DNA of 47,428 nucleotides from Alphaproteobacteria bacterium (lineage in GTDB: Bacteria; Pseudomonadota; Alphaproteobacteria; JAEULF01): positions 1 to 47,428 of the forward strand of contig JAEULF010000065.1 of NCBI GenBank assembly GCA_016793965.1, written 5' to 3'. Positions within the stretch are counted from its first letter, which is position 1. Each line of letters opens with the position of its first letter. Position numbers and translations under genes: made by a program. The notes beneath the pieces are model-generated. The model did no database searches. It was not told the DNA's origin and saw only the letters and a list, made by a program, of their open reading frames with translations. Below, piece after piece: positions 18,307 to 26,359 of the stretch.

Positions 18307-19419
18307 TCAGAACATCTCCACGGTGCCTGCGGCCGCCTGAGCGAGAGCTGGAGAGGCAGCCTCGTCGCGCACCACCTGCGCCACGAAGCGCTTGCGCATC
18401 TCGGATAGGGAGAAGTTCTCCAGGATCTCGTTCAGCCAGCGGCGGTCGATCTGCCCGTTCCAATCTTGGGCAGCCGCTTGCGCGCGGGTCTCCTGCTGCA
18501 GAGATGCAAGCGCCTTGCCCAGGATGGCCAGTGTGTCGACGACATGGTCCAGATGCTGCTTGGCACGGTCCTGGAACTGGACCCCGGTGATCATCTTGGA
18601 GACGGTGTCCGACTGGCTGGCCGACGCGGCCGCGACCTCGGCCAGCACCGCTGCGAACTTCCGGTTCTGCTCGGTCAAGCCGCGCATCATCTCGTCCAGC
18701 TGGCCCCGCGCCTTCATGTGCTCGGACAGGTCGATCGTCACGATCTGCCTGAGGATGGCGTGGCCGCGCTGAACGCCGCTCGCAACGTCCGTTATCTGGC
18801 GGCGCATCGTCTCGGCGAGTGCGTTCGTCGTCCTCGACAGCCCGCGCACCTCAGAGGCGACCACCATGAACGTACGGCCGGCATCTCCTGCGCGTTGCGC
18901 CTCGATGGTCGCGTTCAATGCCAAGAAGTTCGTTTGGCGGTTGATCTGCTCGATCTGCGCGATGGACTTCACGGTATTGTCGACCTGCTTCGAGACCTCG
19001 TCGAGCGCCTGCACCATCGTCCCGGCGAACTTGTTCAAGAGCAAGATCGTGTCGATAACCTTGCCGAGAAGCCCCTCGACGAAGCCGGTTATGTCCCCGA
19101 TGGACAGCGTCCGCTCGCCGACGACGACCTTCTCGGCTGCGGCGACGACGTCGCCGAGCAGCGCGGACTGCCGCTGCGACCCTTCGGCCAGCTCCTTGAA
19201 GCGGCGGCTGAGGTCCTCCGTGCTGGTCTCAACAAGGTCCGAGGTCGCAGAGATCTCACGGCAGAGCACGTCGAACGCGCGGCGCTCGAGCTCCGAGAGC
19301 TGGAGCCAGCGGCGCAGCAGGTCGGCAGCTCGGTCGCCGCACTTCGGCTCCGCCGCCTGTGAGGAACCCGCCTCGCTTGAAGCCGGGAGGTCGGACGGCA
19401 TCATCACATCGTAGGGCAT
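18307..19419 (-). CDS. Soluble MCP-signalling-domain protein with no recognisable sensor or TM region
   Basis: Start moved to the ATG at 19419 (MPYDVMM...). 370 aa. Hairpin-tip motif IAQIEQINRQTNFLALNATIEAQRAGDAGRTFMVVASEVRGLS. No hydrophobic segment. The C-terminus is ...GTVEMF. Confidence 0.8.
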   Translation of the reverse strand: MPYDVMMPSDLPASSEAGSSQAAEPKCGDRAADLLRRWLQLSELERRAFDVLCREISATSDLVETSTEDLSRRFKELAEGSQRQSALLGDVVAAAEKVVVGERTLSIGDITGFVEGLLGKVIDTILLLNKFAGTMVQALDEVSKQVDNTVKSIAQIEQINRQTNFLALNATIEAQRAGDAGRTFMVVASEVRGLSRTTNALAETMRRQITDVASGVQRGHAILRQIVTIDLSEHMKARGQLDEMMRGLTEQNRKFAAVLAEVAAASASQSDTVSKMITGVQFQDRAKQHLDHVVDTLAILGKALASLQQETRAQAAAQDWNGQIDRRWLNEILENFSLSEMRKRFVAQVVRDEAASPALAQAAAGTVEMF

Positions 19420-19432
19420 GGCAGTGGCTCGC

Positions 19433-20266
19433 CTAGTGGATGTCTTTGAAGGCACGGGGCTCTCCGCGAGACCGATTGCTGGCCGCCTTCTGCTTGCCGT
19501 GCGGCAGGGCACGGCCACCGTCGGCTCGCGCGTCGAGCCATCTCCTGAAGCCGTCGCACGGCAGCGGCTTGCAGAGCAGGAAGCCTTGCGACATGGCGCA
19601 GCCAAGGTCGTCCATCGGCGCATTCTGGTTGTCGCGCTCGATGCCCTCCGCCACGACGTTCAAGTCCAGCCTGCGAGCGAGGCGGCTGATCGCGTCGGCC
19701 ACTGCTGCGTCCTTTGCGCTCTCGACCACGACCAGGTCGCGGCGCTCGATCGACAGCAGCGCCATCGAGCGTTCGATCGCGGCATCAAAGTCATGCGGCG
19801 CGACGCCGACGAAGGCGGAGATGAACAAGGCAAGGAGCTGCTCGATGTCGGTGCGCTCTTCGAAGGCTCGCATCCGCCGCGCGAGGGCTGCTTTGGCCAG
19901 CCGCGCGTTCTCCACGAGGTGACCGATCTGCCGACATGACGTAGCCTGAGCCATCGGGCTCAGCGCATCGTCCGCGTCTGAGGCCAGGATGCCGGGACGA
20001 AGGCTCAGGATCACAGCATCCCAGAGCGCGACGCATTCGATGACCGTCGTGGCGCCGGCTTGCGGCGTCGGAGCGATCGCCGTGCCTGGCAGGTCGATCG
20101 CCAGCCGCCGTGCTTCACGACCGCTCGCGCGTGCAGAGATCTCGACGGCGCCGTCGACCAGAAGGCGGATTGCGTCCGGGCGATCCAGCACGGCCTGGAC
20201 ATTCGCGCCCGCTGCGCAGCGGCTCGCCACGAAAGCCGGCTCGTTGATGTCGGGCGATTGCGCCAT
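19433..20266 (-). CDS. Stand-alone divergent (probably degenerate) EAL-like domain protein
   Basis: Start set at the ATG at 20266 (MAQSPD..., 277 aa). The C-terminal EAL signature is retained: LNVVAEGIE...LGCAMSQGFLLCKPLP, with 20-aa E-to-Q spacing. EIS replaces EAL, HDFDAA replaces DDFGTG, and LSIE replaces LKID. The upstream 189 codons of the track ORF are Arg/Pro/Ser-rich. Confidence 0.6.
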   Translation of the reverse strand: MAQSPDINEPAFVASRCAAGANVQAVLDRPDAIRLLVDGAVEISARASGREARRLAIDLPGTAIAPTPQAGATTVIECVALWDAVILSLRPGILASDADDALSPMAQATSCRQIGHLVENARLAKAALARRMRAFEERTDIEQLLALFISAFVGVAPHDFDAAIERSMALLSIERRDLVVVESAKDAAVADAISRLARRLDLNVVAEGIERDNQNAPMDDLGCAMSQGFLLCKPLPCDGFRRWLDARADGGRALPHGKQKAASNRSRGEPRAFKDIH

Positions 20267-20479
20267 CGATGTCGCCGATCTCCTGAGTCGATTGCGCCGC
20301 GCGCGTGACACGGGGCGGGTCGTCACGTGCCGCAGCTTCCCAGGTGACCCGGGGCGTCCTGGAGCAGTGTTCAGGCGCCGGATCAGACCTCGGAGCAGCC
20401 TCTCTCGCGCCCGAGCAGCGGCATCGGCCGTCTCGGTGCCCGAGAGCGGGGAAGTTCGCCCCGAGCTGGGAAGGATCCA

Positions 20480-20508
20480 CGAGGCGGCTCCGCTGGGAAG
20501 CCGCCTCG
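20480..20508 (-). terminator. Strong stem-loop 15 nt downstream of the PAS-MCP stop codon
   Basis: On the minus strand, CGAGGCGGCT-N9-AGCCGCCTCG forms a perfect 10-bp GC-rich stem. It is not followed by a U-run, so it could be a terminator, an attenuator or an RNA-processing/stability element. Confidence 0.4.
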
Positions 20509-20522
20509 CGGTCCACAGGAGC

Positions 20523-23255
20523 TCAGAACTCCTTCCAGCTATCCGCAGTCCCGGCGACGGCGCGCTTGCCGGCCGCGGCGCGGGCAGGCTTGACGGTCGG
20601 CATCGGCGTCTGCATGGCACGCGGTCTCTGGCGGCCGTTGCCGTTCGCTCCAGCGGCGTGGGCGTCTCCGCTGTTGCCGCTTGGGCGGCGCGTCCCGTTG
20701 GAGCCAGGTGCATGCACCTCCTCGCCGTTGCCGTTGGTCCGGCGTGGCGCGCTGACTGGCTTGGCGAGCGGCTGCTGCCGCGGCGCCGCGGCGGCACGAC
20801 GGGACGCGTCGCTGTCCTCTTCGGCGCCTTCATCGATCCTGAAGAACTCTATCGTTTGCGTCAGCTGCTCGGCCTGCTGCGTCATCGACTGCGAAGCGGC
20901 CGCGCTCTCCTCGACGAGGGCCGCGTTCTTCTGCGTCATCTCGTCCATCTGGGAGACCGCGGTGTTCACCTGCTCGACGCCAGAGGACTGCTCGGCGCTC
21001 GCTGCAGCGATCTCGGCCACGATATCGGCCACCCGCTTCACCGCCGTGACGATCTCGCCGAGCGTCTCGCCGGCGTTCTTCACCATCTGCACGCCGTCCT
21101 TGACCTGGAGGCTGCTGTCGACGATCAGCGCCTTGATCTCCTTCGACGCCTGCGCCGAGCGCTGGGCCAGCGTGCGGACCTCGGCGGCCACCACCGCGAA
21201 GCCCTTGCCGGCGTCGCCGGCGCGCGCGGCCTCGACGGCCGCGTTGAGCGCCAGCAGGTTGGTCTGGAAGGCGATCTCGTCGATCACGCCGATGATGTCG
21301 GAGATCTTCCGCGACGAGCCCTCGATCTTGCTCATCGCCTGGATCGCCTCGGCGGCGACCGCGCCGCCCTTCTCGGCAGAGGCCCGGGCCCCGGCCGCGA
21401 GCTGGTTGGCCTGCTGCGCGTTCTCCGAGTTCTGCTTCACCGTCGCAGCGAGCTCCTCCATCGAGGCCGCCGTCTCCTCCAGGCTCGAGGCCTGCTGCTC
21501 GGTGCGCGAGGACAAGTCGCTCGCGCCCGACGAGATCTCGGCCGAGGCCGTGGCGATCGTGCGCGTCGCGTCGACGATCCGACCGACGATCTCGGTCAGG
21601 CTTTGCGCCGTGTTGTTCGCGTCGTTCTTGATCTGCTCGAACATTCCCTGGTGGGCGCCCTCGATGCGCCGCGTCAGGTCGCCCTTCGAAAGCCCGTCGA
21701 GGAAGGTCACCACCTCGTCGACGATGCGCTTGGTGGCGAGATCCTGCTCGACCTTCGCCGTGATGTCGGTGGCGTACTTCACGACTTTGAACGGCCTGCC
21801 GTTCACGTCCATGATCGGGTTGTAGCTGGCCTGGATCCAGACCTCCTTGCCGCCGCGCCCGATGCGCTTGTACTGGCCCGTATCGTACTCGCCCCGCCCA
21901 AGCCTGTCCCAGAACAGACGGTACTCGGGGCTCTGCTTGTAGGCAGCCTCGACGAACATGCTGTGGTGCTGGCCGCGCACCTCTTCCAGCGTGTAGCCCA
22001 GCACCTTCAGGAAGTTCTCGTTGGCCGTCAGGATCTTGCCGTCGAGCGAGAACTCGATCGTCGCCTGCGACTTGCTGATCGCAGCGAGCTGACCTTCGAA
22101 GTCCGCGTTGCGGATCTTCTGCTCCGTCACGTCGGTGGCATACTTGACCACCTTGAACGGCTTGCCGTTCAAGTCGTTGATCGGGTTGTAGCTCGCTTGG
22201 ATCCAGACTTCCTTGCCGCCGCGGGCGATCCGCTTGTACTGGCCCGCGTCGTACTCGCCGCGCCCCAGCTTGTCCCAGAAGAGACGGTAATCCGGACTCT
22301 GCCTGAAGGCCGGGTCGACGAACATGCTATGATGCTGGCCGCGCACTTCGTCCAGCGTGTAGCCTAGCAACTTCAGGAAGCTCTCGTTGGCGTGCAAGAC
22401 CTTGCCGTCGAGCGAGAACTCGATCACCGCCTGCGACTTGCCGATGGCCGCGATCTGGCCCTCGAAGTCGGCGTTGCGGGCCTTCTGCGCGGTGATGTCG
22501 AAAGCGTACTTCACCACCTTCACCGGCTTGCCCTTGCCGTCCTTGATCACGTTATAGCTGGCCTGGATCCAGACCTCCTTGCCGCCGCGACCGATGCGCT
22601 TGTACTCGCCCGCGTCGAACTCGCCGCGACCAAGCTTCTCCCAGAACGCCCGGTAGTCCTGGGTCTGGCGATATGCCGGGTCGACGAACATGCTGTGGTG
22701 CTGGCCGCGCACCTCATCCAGCGTGTAGCCCAGCAGCCTCAGGAAAATCTCGTTCGCGGCCTGGACCTTGCCGTCCAGCGAGAACTCGATGGTGGCCATC
22801 GAGCGGTCGATGGCGCTGGCATAGGCCGTGTGGTCGGCGTTGAGCATGCGCTGGGCCGCGTCGGTCCATTCCACGACGGTGCCGATGCGCGCCTGCTTGT
22901 CGTCCAGGAGCGGCGTAGCCACAAGGTCGAACACCCGTCCGCCGACCTTGATCGTGGCCCTGTGGGTGTCCCTCAGTCCGCCCAGCAGGCGATGCTGATG
23001 GCTCGGGTCCTTGTGGAACACGTCGATGCTGGCGCCGATCAGCTTCGACGCATCGAAGCTCGGCAGGTCGCGGCGGATCTCGTCTTGCGCCTCCTTCATC
23101 ATCGCGAGCACGCCCGGGTTCATGTAGACGATGTTGAACTCGGCATCGGCGATCATCACGTTCGCCACGAGCTTGTCGATCGCCGCGAGCTTCACGGCTT
23201 CAACCAGGTTGCTGCTGGAGAAGCCGAACCAAGACGACTTGCGCTGCGCTTGCAT
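20523..23255 (-). CDS. Cytoplasmic methyl-accepting chemotaxis protein with four PAS/PAC domains, a HAMP-like linker, an MA domain and a C-terminal xWxxF pentapeptide
   Basis: 910 aa with no TM segment. One N-terminal PAS precedes three near-identical PAS/PAC units. MA-domain motifs are [21 protein letters not shown] and [44 protein letters not shown] Gly/Ala/Pro/Arg-rich tail ends in DSWKEF. Confidence 0.9.
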   Translation of the reverse strand: MQAQRKSSWFGFSSSNLVEAVKLAAIDKLVANVMIADAEFNIVYMNPGVLAMMKEAQDEIRRDLPSFDASKLIGASIDVFHKDPSHQHRLLGGLRDTHRATIKVGGRVFDLVATPLLDDKQARIGTVVEWTDAAQRMLNADHTAYASAIDRSMATIEFSLDGKVQAANEIFLRLLGYTLDEVRGQHHSMFVDPAYRQTQDYRAFWEKLGRGEFDAGEYKRIGRGGKEVWIQASYNVIKDGKGKPVKVVKYAFDITAQKARNADFEGQIAAIGKSQAVIEFSLDGKVLHANESFLKLLGYTLDEVRGQHHSMFVDPAFRQSPDYRLFWDKLGRGEYDAGQYKRIARGGKEVWIQASYNPINDLNGKPFKVVKYATDVTEQKIRNADFEGQLAAISKSQATIEFSLDGKILTANENFLKVLGYTLEEVRGQHHSMFVEAAYKQSPEYRLFWDRLGRGEYDTGQYKRIGRGGKEVWIQASYNPIMDVNGRPFKVVKYATDITAKVEQDLATKRIVDEVVTFLDGLSKGDLTRRIEGAHQGMFEQIKNDANNTAQSLTEIVGRIVDATRTIATASAEISSGASDLSSRTEQQASSLEETAASMEELAATVKQNSENAQQANQLAAGARASAEKGGAVAAEAIQAMSKIEGSSRKISDIIGVIDEIAFQTNLLALNAAVEAARAGDAGKGFAVVAAEVRTLAQRSAQASKEIKALIVDSSLQVKDGVQMVKNAGETLGEIVTAVKRVADIVAEIAAASAEQSSGVEQVNTAVSQMDEMTQKNAALVEESAAASQSMTQQAEQLTQTIEFFRIDEGAEEDSDASRRAAAAPRQQPLAKPVSAPRRTNGNGEEVHAPGSNGTRRPSGNSGDAHAAGANGNGRQRPRAMQTPMPTVKPARAAAGKRAVAGTADSWKEF
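21756..22823 (-). repeat. Intragenic tandem triplication: three 366-nt (122-codon) PAS/PAC-encoding units
   Basis: The motif IEFSLDGK recurs at residues 156, 278 and 400. The string ccagac(c/t)tccttgccgccgcg recurs on the plus strand at 21837, 22203 and 22569, with exact 366-nt spacing. Boundaries are approximate. Confidence 0.85.
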
Positions 23256-23311
23256 TTTCTATTCCCCTGAAGGACGCGCCGTGTCTGACGACGGCAGTGT
23301 GAAAAAACGGA

Positions 23312-23854
23312 TCAGTTCTGGAGCTCGGCGGCGGATAGGCTCTTCTGGTCGACCCGATCGAGGCTGAACATGCGATCGAGGGTCAGGAGAGCCACCATCC
23401 GGTCCTCGATCGAAACGAGGCCGCAGAGGAACTTCGCATCCTCGGCGCCGTCCATCTCGGGCACGGGCTGCACCGTCGATCGGTCGATCGACAGGATGTC
23501 GCTGACCGCGTCGACGAGGATGCCGATGACGCGCTCCTTGACGCGCACGATGACCACCACATGCGTCTTGGTGACCTCGGTCTCGCCGCCGCCGAAGCGG
23601 GCGCGAAGGTCGAAGATCGGTACCATCGTGCCGCGGAGGTTGATCACGCCCCGCACGTAGGTCGGCGCGTTCGGCAGCCGCGTCGCCTGCGTCCAGCCCT
23701 TGATCTCGCGAACCTCCATGATGTCGACGCCGTACTCCTCGGCACCGACCTTGAAGGTGATGAATTGATCGGTCTGCGCCGAGGCCTCGGCCTCTTGCAC
23801 AGCGGGCATCGATTGGCCACGTGCCGGGGCCAGGTCGATCTCAGTCACGCTCAT
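23312..23854 (-). CDS. cheW: Chemotaxis coupling protein CheW
   Basis: 180 aa. Motifs QFITFKVGAEEYGVDI, VRGVINLRGTMVPIFDLR and GILVDAVSDIL. Confidence 0.9.
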   Translation of the reverse strand: MSVTEIDLAPARGQSMPAVQEAEASAQTDQFITFKVGAEEYGVDIMEVREIKGWTQATRLPNAPTYVRGVINLRGTMVPIFDLRARFGGGETEVTKTHVVVIVRVKERVIGILVDAVSDILSIDRSTVQPVPEMDGAEDAKFLCGLVSIEDRMVALLTLDRMFSLDRVDQKSLSAAELQN

Positions 23855-23882
23855 CAGCGATACCTCCTGCTCGAGCTCATGT

Positions 23883-25961
23883 TCATTGTGCGACGGCAGG
23901 GGAACTGCCGGTCGGGGGCGGCAGGGCGGCAGGCGCGGTCGGCGCAGCGTCCGCCGCCTCCGCTACGCGGCCGAGCCCCGCGAGATCGAGGATCAGCGCG
24001 ACGCGGCCATCGCCCAGGATCGTCGCCGCCGAGATGCCGTCGATCTGGCGATAGTTCGTCTCCAGGCTCTTGATGACGACCTGCTGCTGACCCAGGATCT
24101 CGTCGACGACGAGACCTACCTTCAGGCCGTTCTCGACCTCGGCAACGACGACCAGCCCCCGGCACGGATCGTTGACCGCGTCGGCACAGCCGAAGACCTG
24201 AGCCAGGTAGACGAGGCGGATGTACTCGCCGCGCAGCGCCATGACCCGACCGCTTCCGGCCAGCCGCGCCACGTCGCGCGGCAGCGGGCGCAGGCTCTCG
24301 ACGATGCTGGCGAGCGGCACGATGTAGCGCTCGACGCCCAGCGTCACGATCATCCCGTCGAGCACGGCGAGCGTGAGCGGCAGCGACAGCGTGAACCTCG
24401 ACCCGCGGCCGGGCTTCGAGTCGATGTGGACGCGCCCGCCTAGCGCCTGGATGTTGCGCTTGACTACGTCCATGCCGACGCCACGGCCCGAGATGTCCGA
24501 TACCTTCGATGCCGTGGAGAAGCCGGGCAGGAAGATGAAGTTGTCGATCTCCTCGTCGCTGGGCGCGGCGCCCGGCGCCACGAGGCCCCGCGCGACGCAC
24601 TTCTCGAGAACGCGTCGGCGGTCGATGCCCGCCCCATCGTCCTCCACCTCGATGACGATGCGGCCGCCCCGGTGCCTAGCGGAGAGCAGAATGGTGCCGG
24701 TCCGGGGCTTCCCCGCAGTCACCCGCGCGTCCGGCATCTCGATGCCGTGGTCGAGCGCGTTGCGCACCATGTGGACCAGCGGGTCGCTCAGCTGCTCGAT
24801 GACGGTCTTGTCGACCTCCGTATCCTCTCCGGACATCAGCACGCGCGCTTCCTTGCCGAGCTGGGCCGAGAGCTCGCGCACAAGGCGAGGCATGCGCTGG
24901 AACACCGATTTCACGGGCTGAGCCCGGATCGACATCACGTTCTCTTGCAGCTCGCGGGCGTGCGCCGCCATCTGGCTCAGGCCGGCCGCGAGCTCCGGGA
25001 CGACGTCGCCCTGCACGGCCGCGACCTGCTGGCTAAGCATCGCCTGCGTGATCAGGATCTCGCCGACCATGTTGACCAGGCGGTCGATCTTCTCGATGTC
25101 GACTCGGATCGTGGATTGCTCGCCCGAGACCGGCGCGATGGCGCCCTGGGCCGCCCGATCGGTCTCGGTCGCGCGAGCAAGAGCGGTGGCCGCAGCCGGC
25201 AGCGGCTCCTCTGGTCCATCGGCCGATGTTGGCGGCAGCGGCTCGATCGCGATCTCGCAATCGTCCGCCACGAACTCGAACACCTCGCAGATGCGCTCTT
25301 CGTTCTCGGCTGTCTCGACCTCCAGCACCCAGCAGAGATACATGCCGTCGGGCTCGATCGACGCGAGATCGGGAATCGCGGACGTATCGACGGCGACCTT
25401 GACCGCGCCAAGCGTCCTCAGCTCGCGCAGGAGCAGAAGCGGCTCGTTGGCCTTGCGCAGCAGGTCGCGGCTTGGCGTGAAGCGCACGCGCCAGCGACGC
25501 TTTTGGCGCGGCTCGATCTCGGCGACCCGGCCTGGTCCGGCCGATCGCGGGGATGCCCCGCTCCGCTGCAAGCCGAGCGAGGACTTCAGCGCCGCCAGCT
25601 CGGCCGCCGCCGCCGCCTCATGATTGTCGAGGAGCACGAGCCCGCTCCGGTCGGCCTGCACCAGATCCGCGAGCGTGTCGAGGGCGCGCAACAGAGTCGC
25701 GTGCGATTCGAGGTCGAGCGACGCCTTGCCCGACCGGAATCCGTCGAGCACCGTCTCGAACTCATGCGCGAACTTGACCAGGCGATCGAGGCCGAAGGCC
25801 CCGGCACCGCCCTTGATCGAATGCACCGCACGGAACAAGCCGGCCATCGCCTCGCCGTCCTGCGGATCGTCGCCGAGCGACATCAGGCGCGCTTCCGCGG
25901 ACGACAGCAAGTCGCCGCATTCCTCGAAGTAAGTGCGCTTGAATCGGTCGGTCGGGTCCAT
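23883..25961 (-). CDS. cheA: Chemotaxis histidine kinase CheA
   Basis: Start at the ATG at 25961 (MDPTDRFKRTYFEE...). 692 aa. Hpt H-box AVHSIKGGAGAFG. N-box HMVRNALDHGIE. G1 box VEDDGAGID. G2 box SGRGVGMDVV. C-terminal CheW-like domain. Confidence 0.95.
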   Translation of the reverse strand: MDPTDRFKRTYFEECGDLLSSAEARLMSLGDDPQDGEAMAGLFRAVHSIKGGAGAFGLDRLVKFAHEFETVLDGFRSGKASLDLESHATLLRALDTLADLVQADRSGLVLLDNHEAAAAAELAALKSSLGLQRSGASPRSAGPGRVAEIEPRQKRRWRVRFTPSRDLLRKANEPLLLLRELRTLGAVKVAVDTSAIPDLASIEPDGMYLCWVLEVETAENEERICEVFEFVADDCEIAIEPLPPTSADGPEEPLPAAATALARATETDRAAQGAIAPVSGEQSTIRVDIEKIDRLVNMVGEILITQAMLSQQVAAVQGDVVPELAAGLSQMAAHARELQENVMSIRAQPVKSVFQRMPRLVRELSAQLGKEARVLMSGEDTEVDKTVIEQLSDPLVHMVRNALDHGIEMPDARVTAGKPRTGTILLSARHRGGRIVIEVEDDGAGIDRRRVLEKCVARGLVAPGAAPSDEEIDNFIFLPGFSTASKVSDISGRGVGMDVVKRNIQALGGRVHIDSKPGRGSRFTLSLPLTLAVLDGMIVTLGVERYIVPLASIVESLRPLPRDVARLAGSGRVMALRGEYIRLVYLAQVFGCADAVNDPCRGLVVVAEVENGLKVGLVVDEILGQQQVVIKSLETNYRQIDGISAATILGDGRVALILDLAGLGRVAEAADAAPTAPAALPPPTGSSPAVAQ

Positions 25962-25993
25962 GGGCTGGTCCGCTCCTGATCGTCCCGTCAATC

Positions 25994-26359
25994 TCACGGG
26001 CAGACCTTGGAGACGGTCTGCACAAGCTTCTCGGGATTGAACGGCTTGACCAGCCATCCAGTTGCACCGGCAGCCCGGCCGTCATTCTTCTTCTCCGAAT
26101 CGCTCTCGGTCGTGAGCATCAGGATCGGGGTCGCGCCATAGGCAGCGTTGGCCCGAAGCCGACGGATCAGCTCCAGCCCGTCCATCTCCGGCATGTTGAG
26201 ATCCGTGATGATGCAATCCACCTTGGACTGCGCCAGGGCTTCGAGCGCGTTCTTGCCGTCCGTCGCCTCGACGACCTCATAGCCGGCCTGCCGCAACGTG
26301 AACGCGATCATGTCGCGCATCGTCTTCGAATCATCGACGGTCAGGACGCGCTTACTCAT
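25994..26359 (-). CDS. cheY: Chemotaxis response regulator CheY
   Basis: Start at the ATG at 26359 (MSKRVLTVDDSKTMR...). 121 aa. Motifs IITDLNMPEMDG, LTTES and VKPF. Confidence 0.9.
   Translation of the reverse strand: MSKRVLTVDDSKTMRDMIAFTLRQAGYEVVEATDGKNALEALAQSKVDCIITDLNMPEMDGLELIRRLRANAAYGATPILMLTTESDSEKKNDGRAAGATGWLVKPFNPEKLVQTVSKVCP

Noticed and set aside
19433-20833. The 466-aa track ORF read as one protein, along with analogous N-terminal extensions of track ORFs: 6101-7402, 8328-10259, 12769-13860, 18307-19623, 23883-26057, 25994-26461, 26352-26729, 34192-34611, 34714-36156, 36095-37297, 37300-39327, 43014-43919 and 44267-46474.
   Set aside because: The extensions are Arg/Pro/Ser-rich and overlap upstream genes or hairpins. 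They are followed by internal ATG or GTG codons with better RBS spacing or stop-start overlaps (ATGA/GTGA), which yield family-typical N-termini. Shorter coordinates were therefore reported.
21756-22823. The 366-nt tandem repeats as a CRISPR array, satellite or mobile-element repeat.
   Set aside because: The repeats are in-frame, lie wholly inside a long MCP ORF and encode complete PAS/PAC modules. There is no spacer/repeat architecture and no terminal inverted repeats.
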